Assembly: GCA_023898625.1 (NCBI GenBank)
Contig: CP060231.1
Location: forward strand, 801,890 to 865,889
Source: Candidatus Nomurabacteria bacterium
GTDB taxonomy: Bacteria > Patescibacteriota > Saccharimonadia > Saccharimonadales > JAGQNJ01
Direction of reading: 5' to 3'
DNA length: 64,000 bases
The notes beneath the pieces were generated by a model. The model worked only from the letters and a program-made list of their open reading frames with translations. It was not told the DNA's origin and searched no databases. Made by a program: the position numbers and the translations under genes. This document shows positions 26,045 to 37,486 of the stretch, one piece after another. Within the stretch, counting starts at the first letter, position 1. Every line of letters starts with the position of its first letter.

Positions 26045-26749
26045 ATGGGTTTTGGTGAAATACTAGTAGGGATATTTGCGATATTAATTGGAGCGCTGTT
26101 CGCTTTCCAGGGTGGTAACTTACTGCGGATAATGTTCCCATTTGTTGGATTCTTCGTTGGATTTTCAGCAGGTGCTGGTCTTATTTCTGGTGTAACTGGG
26201 GATGGTTTCTTGAGTACATTACTTGGTTGGGTTGTTGGATTTTGTGTAGCGATACTTTTTGCATTTTTGGCATATTTCTTTTATTCTTTTGCGGTTATTT
26301 TAGCTTTCGCAGGTTTAGGGTTTTCTATCGCAGCTGCGATTCTAGGTTTGTTTAATCTTGACTGGAATTGGCTAGTTCTGATTGCTGGCACAGCTCTAGG
26401 TGCTGTTTTTGGATTATTCGCTTTTGTTGGTGGATTGCCAATGATCTTGTTAATTGTGGCGTCATCATTCTTCGGGGCGTCAATGATAATTTATGGTCTA
26501 TTGCTAGTATTCAATGGAGCTAGCTTTGGTGACCTAGCAAATGGTACGGTATACACAATGATACGTGATAGAGCTGGCTTATATATTCTTTGGCTTATGA
26601 TCGGAATCTCATCTAGTATTACCCAAGTCCGTATTCTAGGTGAACAAATGAAAATGGCACAGGAATACTGGAATTCGTCAATGACGTTTGATGAATTTTT
26701 AGTCAGTAACTCATCAAACGTAAAGAAATCAAAAAGTAAGAAAAAATAG
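26045..26749 (+). CDS. Gly-rich polytopic membrane protein of unknown function
   Basis: Start set to the ATG at 26045 after an AAGGAGG RBS. About 7 hydrophobic segments, with a Lys-rich C-terminus. Confidence 0.65.
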   Translation: MGFGEILVGIFAILIGALFAFQGGNLLRIMFPFVGFFVGFSAGAGLISGVTGDGFLSTLLGWVVGFCVAILFAFLAYFFYSFAVILAFAGLGFSIAAAILGLFNLDWNWLVLIAGTALGAVFGLFAFVGGLPMILLIVASSFFGASMIIYGLLLVFNGASFGDLANGTVYTMIRDRAGLYILWLMIGISSSITQVRILGEQMKMAQEYWNSSMTFDEFLVSNSSNVKKSKSKKK

Positions 26750-26850
26750 ATATACAATACTAAACCGTAGGCACTGAATTAGAGATTATCAATATTAACA
26801 CAAACTTGATTACATTCGATTTAGACTAAGATATAATAATCTGTGCTACC

Positions 26851-27615
26851 ATGTCACTATTTACCAAACAATTAACGGACCAGCACGACAATATTAATAA
26901 TGAAACAGATGCAACAGATATTAATTTATCATTAAGTCCATTAGATAATAGTAGTAAAGTCCAATACCAAGAACTACATTTAAAAACCACAAATAAGTTA
27001 CGTATTGTCAATAATTGCCTATTGGCCGTTTTAATAGTTATTAATACCTATATCATCCTAGTGCCTTTGATGCCACAACTTATCTATTCTAATAATATTA
27101 ATTCTGGCACGCAAAAACTGCTTGAGGAAACCATAAAGCAAAGGGTTGATAGCAATAAACCTACCAATAATGTTAGTAATGTAGCTACTTCCATAGCAAA
27201 CAAGAGCACTCCTAATACCTTAACCGTACCTTCTATGTTGTTAGACGAGCCAATTATTGAAGGGCAAAACTCTATCAAAGCATTAAGACAAGGTGTTTGG
27301 CGATGGCCTGGTGGTAGCACACCAGATAAAGGCGGAAATACTGTTTTGGCAGGACATCGTTTTACATATAATAAACCTAAGGGTACTTTTTACTTTCTTA
27401 ACAAGATAACCATAGGAGACACCATTGGTGTTACCTGGAGTGGCCATACATATATGTATAAAGTTATTGAGACCAAGACTGTTAAAACCTCGCAAACTGA
27501 TGTTTTGCATCCAACGGAACAACCAAGATTAACATTATATACCTGCACACCACTTTGGAACCCTAAGGATAGGCTCGTGGTAATTGCTGAGCTTCAGAAG
27601 AAGGATACTAAGTGA
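26851..27615 (+). CDS. Sortase (class E-like transpeptidase)
   Basis: 254 aa with an N-terminal TM, NTVLAGHRFTY, and the catalytic TLYTCTP (TLxTC). Confidence 0.85.
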   Translation: MSLFTKQLTDQHDNINNETDATDINLSLSPLDNSSKVQYQELHLKTTNKLRIVNNCLLAVLIVINTYIILVPLMPQLIYSNNINSGTQKLLEETIKQRVDSNKPTNNVSNVATSIANKSTPNTLTVPSMLLDEPIIEGQNSIKALRQGVWRWPGGSTPDKGGNTVLAGHRFTYNKPKGTFYFLNKITIGDTIGVTWSGHTYMYKVIETKTVKTSQTDVLHPTEQPRLTLYTCTPLWNPKDRLVVIAELQKKDTK

Positions 27616-27722
27616 ACGAAAAACGCCTATTTATTGTGCTGTGCTTGCTGATATTGTTGAGTATCGGACTGATGCTATACATATCAGGCAATGCAAATAA
27701 TGTCATAGTTTCATTGGGATAA
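27612..27722 (+). CDS. Possible 36-aa hydrophobic peptide (VNEKRLFIVLCLLILLSIGLMLYISGNANNVIVSLG)
   Basis: A GTG start overlaps the sortase TGA (GTGA at 27612-27615). It has a single predicted TM helix. It is under 60 aa and has no supporting homology. Confidence 0.2.
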   Translation: MNEKRLFIVLCLLILLSIGLMLYISGNANNVIVSLG

Positions 27723-27737
27723 TAACAGATATTGTCT

Positions 27738-30503
27738 TTATTTATTATTACCTCTACGAACCCACACAAACACCCCAACTCCACAACTAATAAGTACAAT
27801 TGCGGTTAACATGCTAGCAATAAGTACTTGCCCGGTGTTAGCAAATATAGTCGCTGGCTTATTCTTTACTTGATTAGTGCTTGACTGAGGTACAGGAGAG
27901 CTTGTTGTATTTTCTGTGGAATTAGGTGTGGTTGTAGTAGGATTTGTTGTTTCTGAATCCTGAACAGGGGGATTTACTATAGAAGCAGTAGTAAACCCGA
28001 AATCTAGTGTGTGATTATTAGCACCACTTGGTCCGGTATCAAATGTTACAACTGCTGGATTTGATGCAGATAGGGGGGTCTGCAAACTTAAAGTTACGGC
28101 ATTTGAATCGTTCTGTGAGTTACCATCGTTAATCCTAGAATCTGCTGTTGTTAGGTAAAGTCCGTTCAGCCGGTCTTGTGTCATATAATCTGATTCATTT
28201 CTCAATTCTAATCTAAACCCTTGTGTATTAGTAGTTAATCCAGATACGCCGTATATATGGCTACTTGAACTGTTCATGGTATTACCATCTTCATCTTGAA
28301 CTCGATTAGAAAAGATATAATTCCCATTGGAATCTGTTATAGCAGTTGCCAGTACATTATTAGCATTATCAAGTAAGCTTACGGTGACACCAGGGATAAC
28401 TGGCTCGCCTGCATCTTGAATGCCATTGGAGTTTTTATCGTTCCAAACTAAGTTGCCCACCTCGATCGGAGCCATTTTACAAATAGCCTCAATATCACCA
28501 ATACCATTGGCTTTACCGAAGTATGGTGTTCCAGCTACGGCATTCTGGTAATCACTCTGATATAAACGGTAAGCATTATTTTTTGTTCCATTATCGCTAT
28601 TGTACCAACGTAGGCCTCCACTCCATATTCCATCCGGAATGCCTCTCAATGGGTTCATAGCTGAGCTTACAATAGAACTAAATCCTGGTACTTGCGCTAA
28701 GCCACCCTGAGCCCCCTCGTCATGAAATAACGGATTATCGTTATCATCTGCATAGAAGTCGAAATTGTAGAACTCAAAATCACCAGGTCCTTGAGGTAAA
28801 CTATCAACAACTGCATGTACTCCACTACTTCCAGGACCTTTACCATCGCAGAGGCCGGCATTTTCTAAAGTAAATTTTCCATTTACTGAGCAAGCACGTA
28901 ATAAGTCGCCTGTACTGGTGGCTATATATAGAGTATTGTCGGTATTGTTGGTATTAAAAGCTTGGTAGCCCATTTGATCACCGTATCGATCGCGTAACCC
29001 TATTGTCATACTACCATTTGATCCAAATGTAATATCAGTCAAAATTGGTTGCGGTGCGGTTAAGATCTTGACTCCATTTCCCATAGGGGGCTGACCATCA
29101 TTGACTAACGGATCATCAAATGAATCTATCCAAGGAAGCCAGTTGGCTCGTTGCCAACAACCAGTGTTGTTGTTGCCATTTGAACAAGAGCGACCATAAT
29201 TCAATGGAAATTCTAATGTCGGAGCTGTTGAAAATGTCATGGTTTGTGGAATAAAGCTGTATACGTATGCTCGTAGATCGGATTGATTTCTGCTAGTTTG
29301 TGCTGAGCAGGTCATGCCAACGTAACCTGTGCCTTGGTAAACAGTTACAGCAAAAGGCCTAACATCAGAAAGAGTGCAAGGCTGGTGCTGACCTGATGCG
29401 CTACCTTCAGGTAATGCGTCAGCGCCACTATTCGGTAGGTTAAGAGGCAAATTATACTCACTTACACTCTTTGTAGTATCTAAGTTGGATACTTTATATA
29501 TTTTTCTGTTATTTAGATTTATAGTTAATAATGAATCATTAGATGTATTATCTGGATCCGAAAATAATGCCAGACCACCTAGTCCGCGCTTGTTAATTGT
29601 GCTGAACGAAAATTCATCACGAGCCCAACATAAGTTTGTATTCTGGCTTTGCTGTCCATCTCGTGAATCGCAGTTTGTATTGCTGATAGGATGTGGATCT
29701 GTGCCTGTGTCTGGTATTGTAGCCACATGAATTGGAGCAGTAGAGCCTGTTCCAGAATCGGGGACAGGAGAAGCATATATTGCACCGGAACCACCTGGAC
29801 CAAAATCAGCATGTCTTTTCATAAACGCCCCACTATATAACGTTTGCGTTGACCGTCTGTATGCCAACCCCCATGTTGATCCTACCAGACCAACTTTACC
29901 AAGTTGCATGGGCGGGGTAGTAGTGCCAGAGATGTTGAATGGGAAACCCACCAGCGTATCATTATTAGTATTGCTGTCGGCAATATTTCCGAAGCTATAG
30001 CATGAAGTAACTAAATTTGGATTATTTTGGCAGAATTCGTCAGGTCGATTGATCCCTAGGTTTGCTACACCTCCTGAAGCAACGAACTGTGTTGTAGATT
30101 GATTATCTTCCCCTAATTGTGATGGATACGTACTTGCTGGAATATCAGAAAATTCAATACGAAACTGCGTGGAAGTACAGGTACCCATATTAAGAGCGTA
30201 TTCGCCATTTGAGTTAGTTTTTTGCGCCCCACATAATTGCCCATCAGAATCAAAGCCTTTTACTGTAATATCTTTGGCACCTAAGTCTGTTGCAATAGAG
30301 TTATTGATTGTTTGGACATTATCTCGCTTACCATTACCGTTATAATCATAAAAAACAACTCCCGATACCGTTGCGCTATCAGCAAAAGTACTGAGCAAAA
30401 CTATTACACCTATTACGCCAAAAAATAATGCAACCAAACATCCACGAACCATGTTTTGATGTTTTGAAGATATTTTTCCGTATCTAGTAGCTAACTTATC
30501 CAT
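27738..30503 (-). CDS. Large cell-wall-anchored adhesin with SdrD/Cna-B-like domains and a sortase sorting signal
   Basis: 921 aa with an N-terminal signal anchor. B-type repeats: [17 protein letters not shown] and [31 protein letters not shown]...DSNGNYIFS. The C-terminus reads FANTG plus hydrophobic helix plus RRGNNK. Confidence 0.8.
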   Translation of the reverse strand: MDKLATRYGKISSKHQNMVRGCLVALFFGVIGVIVLLSTFADSATVSGVVFYDYNGNGKRDNVQTINNSIATDLGAKDITVKGFDSDGQLCGAQKTNSNGEYALNMGTCTSTQFRIEFSDIPASTYPSQLGEDNQSTTQFVASGGVANLGINRPDEFCQNNPNLVTSCYSFGNIADSNTNNDTLVGFPFNISGTTTPPMQLGKVGLVGSTWGLAYRRSTQTLYSGAFMKRHADFGPGGSGAIYASPVPDSGTGSTAPIHVATIPDTGTDPHPISNTNCDSRDGQQSQNTNLCWARDEFSFSTINKRGLGGLALFSDPDNTSNDSLLTINLNNRKIYKVSNLDTTKSVSEYNLPLNLPNSGADALPEGSASGQHQPCTLSDVRPFAVTVYQGTGYVGMTCSAQTSRNQSDLRAYVYSFIPQTMTFSTAPTLEFPLNYGRSCSNGNNNTGCWQRANWLPWIDSFDDPLVNDGQPPMGNGVKILTAPQPILTDITFGSNGSMTIGLRDRYGDQMGYQAFNTNNTDNTLYIATSTGDLLRACSVNGKFTLENAGLCDGKGPGSSGVHAVVDSLPQGPGDFEFYNFDFYADDNDNPLFHDEGAQGGLAQVPGFSSIVSSAMNPLRGIPDGIWSGGLRWYNSDNGTKNNAYRLYQSDYQNAVAGTPYFGKANGIGDIEAICKMAPIEVGNLVWNDKNSNGIQDAGEPVIPGVTVSLLDNANNVLATAITDSNGNYIFSNRVQDEDGNTMNSSSSHIYGVSGLTTNTQGFRLELRNESDYMTQDRLNGLYLTTADSRINDGNSQNDSNAVTLSLQTPLSASNPAVVTFDTGPSGANNHTLDFGFTTASIVNPPVQDSETTNPTTTTPNSTENTTSSPVPQSSTNQVKNKPATIFANTGQVLIASMLTAIVLISCGVGVFVWVRRGNNK

Positions 30504-30699
30504 AGTCCCCCCATGATTTTCAATAAATACAGTATATCATCAATGATTGTGTTTTTATGTATGAAAAAACTTTACTAAAAGCATCACAAATAATGTTCTG
30601 GTCTAAGGGGCATCAAATCCGATATGGCAGCAGTTACAGTACGACTATAGAACTTTAATAGGGGTGGCACCTCGTAAAAGTGTTGTAAAAAACCATCGC

Positions 30700-31650
30700 T
30701 ATAGATATTCGTCAAATGGTACTATACATATAGTGAATAATGTTCTAGAACTACGAGAGCTAAAACAGATTTTGAAACTTAGTTCCTGGTCGCAAGAACA
30801 GCTTGCAGCCGTTAGGTGTATCTTTTCCTGCGCTCAATGCTTGATTAACGGTCGTGCCCTAGGCCAAGGCACGAGACCGAATCAATTTACTTTACATTCA
30901 AATAGCAGGAGCAACTGAGGTATCTAAAGATGAAGCCTAACAAAGTCGACAACGGCTCTTGCTCAATCTTTAACCGCCCAACAAATTATCTCAGATAAAG
31001 ATCTCCGAATACCTTACACTGCATTTGACATACCACACGAATACTATCGAGGGCAGTAATACCATGACGTTAGTTGATGTTAACGACGTACTATTCGACG
31101 GCAAGCAGTACTATCTTAATCGACGCATATTGAGCAGCTGAAGCAAAAAAATCAACTAATCTGTTTGTACTGGTTGCTTGATGTAAGCTTGCAGCCACGA
31201 GAGATTCATAATTGGTGAAGATTTACCGCTTAATCTACACCTTAGATTAATGAACGGATTGTAGGTGATGCAGGTCATCTTAGGAAGCACACTGTCAGGA
31301 TCATGGGGGCAAATGTACCGCCTGCAAATTGGCAAGAAGGTTCCTACGCTTAGCAGAAAAGCATTAGGAAGATAATAGTAAAAGCAAAGAAAGTATCATC
31401 TCGAAAATAGCTCATTTTCATGCAAAGTTCGAACAAATTCATCCTTTAGTGATGGCAATGGTCGTACTGGACGTCTATTAATGCTGGCTCAAGCTCTTCA
31501 GTCTAACATCGCACCACCGCTCGTAGTAAAGGAACGCAAACATGCCTACTTTATAAATATCTCGAAGTAGCACAAACCAAAAACAACTATTTACCTTTGG
31601 AATTGTTCGTTTGCTGAACCGATAAAATTTTCAGGAGATCTATTACGAAA
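30700..31650 (+). pseudogene. Decayed Fic/DOC-family (AMPylase-type) gene, multiple stops and frameshifts
   Basis: Fragments in different frames: LRELKQILKLS..QEQLAA (HTH-like), TNTIEGSNTMTLVDVNDVLFDGK, and the core motif FSDGNGRTGRLLMLAQAL at 31447-31500. That motif is preceded by an out-of-frame IHP (HPFxxGNGRxxR broken by 1 nt). Confidence 0.7.
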
Positions 31651-32795
31651 GAAGTGGAATCATATTTACTAATGATTTATTGGGCCAGGCCTCTATAAAC
31701 TCAATGCTCTAACTGTCACTACATTTTCTTCAACAACCTCGACATCAGCAAAGAACATAATTGTATAAGCGGACCCTACTTCTTTCGGATTCATAATATT
31801 TCAACAGGATTTAACAAGTGTAGCTTTCTCATCGTACGTACGTCCACGTTCTCCATTAAAACTACCGTCTTCAATACAGTCTCTATGACGCCTTTTCCAT
31901 CGTTCTGTAGGGATTGCACGTTTATCAAAAGCCATGGTCATTCAACAATTATAACAAACCAAACGGGAAATTTGCTAGTGTAAAACCACCCCAAATGCGA
32001 CTTTTTCGTAACTTTCGCTAGTTCTGAGTGTAGCAGTTTCGGTTCTTTACCCAAAAAGTTGGCAGGGGTAAAGGAAGGGTTTTCTGAAGAACAACCAATC
32101 AGACTTTGATCCAGCAGAGTTAGATGATATCATGAAGATATATGCATAGCTGAGTCACTATGAAAGGGTCTTCGCTTTTTATGGTGATGATTATTGGCTT
32201 GCAACTAATCCCACAAAACGGCCAGGACTTAAGGCAGGTTGCGTTTGGATCTAGAATTTAGACAATAGTTATCCCACTTGTATGGCCTAGCGAATATTCA
32301 AAATCCATCATCAATGGCGAAGATTGCGATTTCTCGGTCTCAAATTTCATTGACTGTAGCAATTACAGAATTATATTTTTCTGAATCTAAGCTTTTCAAA
32401 CATCCTAAACAACAGGGTGATTGCTGCTTCATGATTATTGGAGCAGCTAAGTTCAATGTCGCGCCATTAATCGTTCCGTTGCTGTTGCTAAATACTTGGA
32501 AAATATATACTCTGCCATATCCCAGCTTGATGTTTTCATTAAAACCAACTATAGGTAAAATTATGGAATTAGAATTTGAAATCCAAGCAGCCACAAACTT
32601 GTAATTGCCCACAGTTTTCCAAACTCCAGTCTCCTAGAGTCACTGGAAATAAAAGCGGTTTTGCTAACTCCTGAGCTTGGTGGTTTGAAGAATACACTTT
32701 ATGCCTGCCTTTGTGTCTTTAAGAAGTACATCCGGAAATCTTAGATATCTATATAGCTTGGACGCTATCCATAAGTCGCCAACAGCCCTGTAAAG

Positions 32796-33212
32796 TTACT
32801 CTTGAAAACCTAATAGCGCAATTTGCTGATGCTCAGGAAATAATATAGCGAGCGAGATGAAGAAACAAGATAATACGAAGAAGGTAAATATGCAACGACT
32901 AGCATTGAGGGAATTGAGAGCATCTTGTTTGAAGTAGCGTACGCAATCGGCATTAAATCCGGCTATACTAATATCAAATTTTGGTTTAGCCTTTAGCTAA
33001 CAAAAAATCCAACCATGCAGTAACTCGTGAATAATAATTGTATTTATGTATGTTATAGGTGGGTGACCCAACTGTTGACACTGATATTGTCGGTAACGTA
33101 ATCCTGGTGATAGCTCCAATAAAGAATAAAATATCATCTGTAGAGTTAAAACGTATGACATTTGTTTATCTATTTTGATAGTGCTAATCTTTTTCATTTT
33201 AACTGTATTCAT
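32796..33212 (-). pseudogene. Putative zincin-like membrane peptidase gene interrupted by an in-frame TAG
   Basis: ...NTIIIHELLHGWIFC*LKAKPKFDISIAGFNADCVRYF... carries an HExxH motif. The stop at 32997-32999 splits an otherwise continuous frame. Confidence 0.4.
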
Positions 33213-33418
33213 GAAATAAGTTTAGCATACTCAGATAAGCATTAGGATTCTTTGTAAATACAAAAATTTGGTAAAACTTGAACTTTACTAACTGAAAAAT
33301 AATAGAAGAATGTGTTATTAGATATGAAATACACCTGACCCTATAACATATTGAAGGAAACGATACTTGTCTAAATTTTACAGATCAGTTCGATCAGGAT
33401 AATAGCTTCTTGTAAGTT

Positions 33419-33495
33419 TGGCAGGGGTGGAGGGACTTGAACCCCCGACACCAGGTTTTGGAGACCTGTGCTCTGGCCAGCTGAGCTACACCCCT
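33419..33495 (-). tRNA. tRNA-Trp (anticodon CCA), CCA end encoded
   Basis: The reverse complement reads AGGGGTGTAGCTCAGCTGGCCAGAGCACAGGTCTCCAAAACCTGGTGTCGGGGGTTCAAGTCCCTCCACCCCTGCCA. Confidence 0.9.
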
Positions 33496-33613
33496 ATGTC
33501 TATAAAAGAACAGAGGTAATTATACATTATGCGTTAAATTTTGTCATTATTTTATAATCTACATCCTGATGATACTTTTCAAAATATGGCATATCTGTTA
33601 TACAATATAGTAC

Positions 33614-34267
33614 ATGGCAAAATTAGAGTTAACTAAGCCTACTTTATTTATGCTATATGGCTATCCTGGTTCAGGTAAGTCGTACTTAGCAAAAAATCTG
33701 AGAGACACTATTCAATCTGCGCATGTTCATGCAGACAAAATTCGATATCAGTTATTCGAGAATCCTAGATTTGATCGTGCCGAGAACGAAATTGTTGATC
33801 AGTTAATGGAGTACATGACTGAGGAGTTTTTAGATGCAGGAGTCTCTGTTATTTTTGATACAAATGCAATAAAAAAGTCCCAAAGACGCATTTTACGAGA
33901 TATTGCTAGAAAAAAGAAGGCCGAAAGTATGCTTGTTTGGCTTCAAATAGATGCAGACAGCTCTTTTGCACGTGCATCACAGAGAGATAGACGTAAGACA
34001 GAGGACAAAGTTGCTCAACCGATAGATCGACCGATGTTTGATAGCATAAGTTCAAGGATGCAGAACCCAGGGCATGACGAGGATTACATAGTATTGAGTG
34101 GCAAACATTCGTTCCAAATGCAAAGGAGTGCCATAATCAAAAAACTATATGATCTAAAGTTGATTCGTACGGAAAACGTATCACCTAATGTAGCAAAGCC
34201 TGGCTTAGTGAATCTAGTTCCAAACTCCTATAATGGCGATAGTAGACGAAATATTGCAATTCGGTAA
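33614..34267 (+). CDS. P-loop kinase-like ATP-binding protein (AAA_33 / zeta-toxin-like fold)
   Basis: 217 aa with Walker A YGYPGSGKSYLAKNL. Confidence 0.6.
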   Translation: MAKLELTKPTLFMLYGYPGSGKSYLAKNLRDTIQSAHVHADKIRYQLFENPRFDRAENEIVDQLMEYMTEEFLDAGVSVIFDTNAIKKSQRRILRDIARKKKAESMLVWLQIDADSSFARASQRDRRKTEDKVAQPIDRPMFDSISSRMQNPGHDEDYIVLSGKHSFQMQRSAIIKKLYDLKLIRTENVSPNVAKPGLVNLVPNSYNGDSRRNIAIR

Positions 34268-34270
34268 TTG

Positions 34271-34972
34271 ATGGCTAGTAAAACTATATACTTTGATGAC
34301 ATCGGTGATGTTACTTTTACTAAACGAAGAGATGCAAAGAATATTAAAGTTAGAATCGTTGGTTCTCATGTACGAGTGTCATTACCAACTTGGGTTCCGT
34401 ACTCATCAGCGATATCTTACATTAAACAACGCACGGAATGGATAAATCAGAACAGGCGACAGGCAGTCATTCTAAGAAATGGCACTGTTTTTGGCAAAGA
34501 TCTGCGTCTATTAGTGAAATTAACTGAATCCAGTAGAATTAGTTCAAAATTTATCGCTGGTATTTTAACTGTTAATGTTCCTATCGATAAAGATATTAGT
34601 TCGGATGATGTTCAGAAGAAGATTAAAGAACGAGTCATAAAGATTCTTCAAATGCAGGCAGAACAATTGCTAGTACCAAGAGTAAGACAGCTAGCTAAAA
34701 CTGGTGAATACGATGTTAATCGAATTGAGGTGCGTAGACTTCGAAGTAGGTGGGGAAGTTGTACGAGCGAGAAAAATATGACATTTAATCTCTTCTTGAT
34801 TCAACTACCTTGGCAGTTTATTGATTACGTCATCTACCATGAATTGTCACATACTGTTCACATGAATCACGGAAGTCAATTTTGGGCTTTAGTTGAAAGC
34901 CATGTTCCAAATTATAAATTGATTCGTAAACTAATGGCGAATTATTCACCAGATATAATTCTGCAAACATAA
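34271..34972 (+). CDS. YgjP/DUF45-type metal-dependent hydrolase (M48-like)
   Basis: RLRSRWGSCTSEKNMTFNLFL and the HExxH-like YVIYHELSHTVHMNHGSQFWALVE. Confidence 0.75.
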   Translation: MASKTIYFDDIGDVTFTKRRDAKNIKVRIVGSHVRVSLPTWVPYSSAISYIKQRTEWINQNRRQAVILRNGTVFGKDLRLLVKLTESSRISSKFIAGILTVNVPIDKDISSDDVQKKIKERVIKILQMQAEQLLVPRVRQLAKTGEYDVNRIEVRRLRSRWGSCTSEKNMTFNLFLIQLPWQFIDYVIYHELSHTVHMNHGSQFWALVESHVPNYKLIRKLMANYSPDIILQT

Positions 34973-34993
34973 CAATTATGCAATAATATATAT

Positions 34994-36109
34994 GTGAACG
35001 ACGAAGCAAAACAGTTGACACCAAAACGTGGCTCGCTAGAGCATGAACGATTAAGTAGCTTGATTAACAGCATGGCAGATGGCGTTATTGCCATTGATGA
35101 TCAGATGAATGTAGCTATATATAATGGAGCGGCTCTAAATATCATCAATATAAATACTGCTATTACTAACAAGAGTATAAGCCAGGTTCTTAAACTACAA
35201 GATAAAAATGGTCAACCAATAAATCTAGTAGAACTTATAAACAGCCTAAAGACACAGTATTCAAATAGGGATTTGGTGCTTAGCTATCCAGATGGTAGCC
35301 AGATTAACGTATATCTTAGTATTGCGCCTGTTAGATTAGGCTACGGTATAAATGGAACAAAGGGGCATGTTGTCTTGATTCGTGACATTACTCATGAAAA
35401 ATCACTAGAGGAAGAACAGGCAGAGTTTACAAGTGTCGCGAGTCATGAGCTAAGAACTCCGATTACAATAGCTGAAGGAAACATAAGCAACGCTTTAGTG
35501 CTTGCGGAAAAGTTTGGCAACAATCCATCAATATTAGATGCATTAAAGCAAGCCCATCAGCAGATAGTCTTTTTGAGTGACTTAATAAACGACTTATCAA
35601 CCTTATCGAGAGCTGAACAAAACAAGCTTAAAGTTAATATCGAAAGTATAAATGTACATCAGTTTATATTAGATATCTCAAAGAATTATCAGCCTCAGAT
35701 AGAAGCAAAAGGTCTAAAACTACATCTAGAATTAGCGCCGAATCTAGAACTACTTAATACAAGTAAACTTTATCTTGGTGAAGTATTGCAAAATTTTATT
35801 ACTAACGCCATAAAGTACACAACTGAAGGCAGTGTTACGATTGGTGCTAAACCTCATGTTAAAGGGGTGCAGTTTTATATCAGAGATACAGGTATTGGCA
35901 TTAGCAGGAATGATCAAACAAAAATATTCAATAAATTCTTTAGGTCTGAAGATTTCAGAACAAGACAAAGTAATGGCACTGGTTTAGGTTTATATATAAC
36001 TTTAAAGCTAGCAAAGTTAATACATGCTGAGATTAATGTTCAGAGCGAATTAAATAAGGGCTCGTTATTTACAATATTAATTCCAAATTTAAGCATAGAG
36101 CATCATTGA
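34994..36109 (+). CDS. Cytoplasmic PAS-domain sensor histidine kinase
   Basis: H-box FTSVASHELRTPITIAEG, N-box LQNFITNAIKYT, G1 IRDTGIGI, G2 GTGLGLYITLKLAKL. The GTG start is uncertain. Confidence 0.85.
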   Translation: MNDEAKQLTPKRGSLEHERLSSLINSMADGVIAIDDQMNVAIYNGAALNIININTAITNKSISQVLKLQDKNGQPINLVELINSLKTQYSNRDLVLSYPDGSQINVYLSIAPVRLGYGINGTKGHVVLIRDITHEKSLEEEQAEFTSVASHELRTPITIAEGNISNALVLAEKFGNNPSILDALKQAHQQIVFLSDLINDLSTLSRAEQNKLKVNIESINVHQFILDISKNYQPQIEAKGLKLHLELAPNLELLNTSKLYLGEVLQNFITNAIKYTTEGSVTIGAKPHVKGVQFYIRDTGIGISRNDQTKIFNKFFRSEDFRTRQSNGTGLGLYITLKLAKLIHAEINVQSELNKGSLFTILIPNLSIEHH

Positions 36110-36193
36110 CAATGACATATGTAAGTAGTATTATTGACATGTTTGACCTACTATTAATAGTAGGTTTGTTAAATTTAGGAGGCTAAGCAGGCA

Positions 36194-36565
36194 GTGGCAA
36201 GAACTAGAAAGCTACCAAGTAAAAAAAGCAAGAAATCGCCAAGATTTAAAAAACCCACTGCGGTTGGAAATTTTTTTTCCAAAATATGGAGTGTCATCAA
36301 GAAGCTTTTTAGGCCTTTTCGATTTTTGCTGAAGCCATTTAAACTCCGACCAGTAAGATTTATTGGTAGAGTCTTGCGCAAAATTCTATTAATAGATTAT
36401 TTTATAGCAAGTTGGCGTGAACTTAAGTTAGTTTCATGGCCTGGCAGAAAAGAAACATTTCAACTCACGATCGCTGTTTTTGTTTTCGCTATTGGATTTG
36501 GCGTTTTTATCGCAATTGTCGATTTTGGATTAAGTAAACTATTTCAAGAGGTATTATTAAAATGA
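36194..36565 (+). CDS. secE: Preprotein translocase subunit SecE with a long basic N-terminal extension
   Basis: C-terminal ELKLVSWPGRKETFQLTIAVFVFAIGFGVFIAIVDFGLSKLF; sits upstream of nusG. Confidence 0.8.
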   Translation: MARTRKLPSKKSKKSPRFKKPTAVGNFFSKIWSVIKKLFRPFRFLLKPFKLRPVRFIGRVLRKILLIDYFIASWRELKLVSWPGRKETFQLTIAVFVFAIGFGVFIAIVDFGLSKLFQEVLLK

Positions 36566-37104
36566 GTAAGAGATATGACACAACAAAACATTGGTACGCA
36601 ATTCATACTTATAGTGGTTATGAAGAAAAGGTTGCAGAGAGCATCAGGCAACGAGCTGACAGCCTGGATATGAAAGACAAAATTTTTCAGGTATTAGTGC
36701 CTAAAGAAAAAATGATTGAAGTCAAAAATGGCAAACGTAAGGTAGTAGAAAAGCGAATATTTCAAGGGTATGTTATAGTTCAGATGAAACTGACCGAAGA
36801 TGCTTGGTATATTGTTAGGAATACTCCGGGGGTAACCGGGTTTGTAGGAACTGGCACAAATCCAAGTCCAGTTAGTGAAGCAGAAGTTGAAAAAATCCTA
36901 AAGCGAATGGGTCGTGCTGAACCAAAACACAAAATCGACTATCGTGAGGGAGAGGTTGTAAATATTATTGACGGACCATTTAAGGGATTTGATGGCACGA
37001 TAAACGAAATTGATGCCCAAAAAGGCAAATTAAAAGTACTTGTTAATATGTTTGGTCGTGAAACACCAGTTGAACTAGATAGTTTACAAGTAAAAAGGGT
37101 ATAG
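36562..37104 (+). CDS. nusG: Transcription termination/antitermination factor NusG
   Basis: 180 aa with KHWYAIHTYSGYEEKV, NTPGVTGFVG and a KOW motif GEVVNIIDGPFKGFDGTI. Confidence 0.95.
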   Translation: MSKRYDTTKHWYAIHTYSGYEEKVAESIRQRADSLDMKDKIFQVLVPKEKMIEVKNGKRKVVEKRIFQGYVIVQMKLTEDAWYIVRNTPGVTGFVGTGTNPSPVSEAEVEKILKRMGRAEPKHKIDYREGEVVNIIDGPFKGFDGTINEIDAQKGKLKVLVNMFGRETPVELDSLQVKRV

Positions 37105-37106
37105 AA

Positions 37107-37412
37107 ATGGAAAAACTACCGAATCCAGAAGAACATCTGATTTTTGAGTGGATGGACAACATGATAGACGACAATCTGGATATTGAGCGAAGAAATATTG
37201 GTGAATCTTACCATAAGTTTGGCCTTACCTACGTCTTAGCTGTGTTAGAAGGTGGAACCGCCAAATGGGATCACAGAGTGAGGCTTTACACACCTGCTGA
37301 GTCAATTTTTGCAGATCACGCCACTGGAAATCTGTCATTCAGTGAAGTTTCTGAGATTCTAAATACAATGGTTGATGGAACCTTTAGTGGTTACACTAGA
37401 CAACAGAGGTGA
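37107..37412 (+). CDS. Hypothetical acidic protein (ORFan) inserted between nusG and rplK
   Basis: 101-aa ORF starting 3 nt after the nusG stop. No recognisable motif. Confidence 0.5.
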   Translation: MEKLPNPEEHLIFEWMDNMIDDNLDIERRNIGESYHKFGLTYVLAVLEGGTAKWDHRVRLYTPAESIFADHATGNLSFSEVSEILNTMVDGTFSGYTRQQR

Positions 37413-37486
37413 TCTTTGTTATAGTAAGCTACGTTACACATATTATTTAGCGCAACAAGCTTCGGTTGCAATCAATAAGGAATTAT

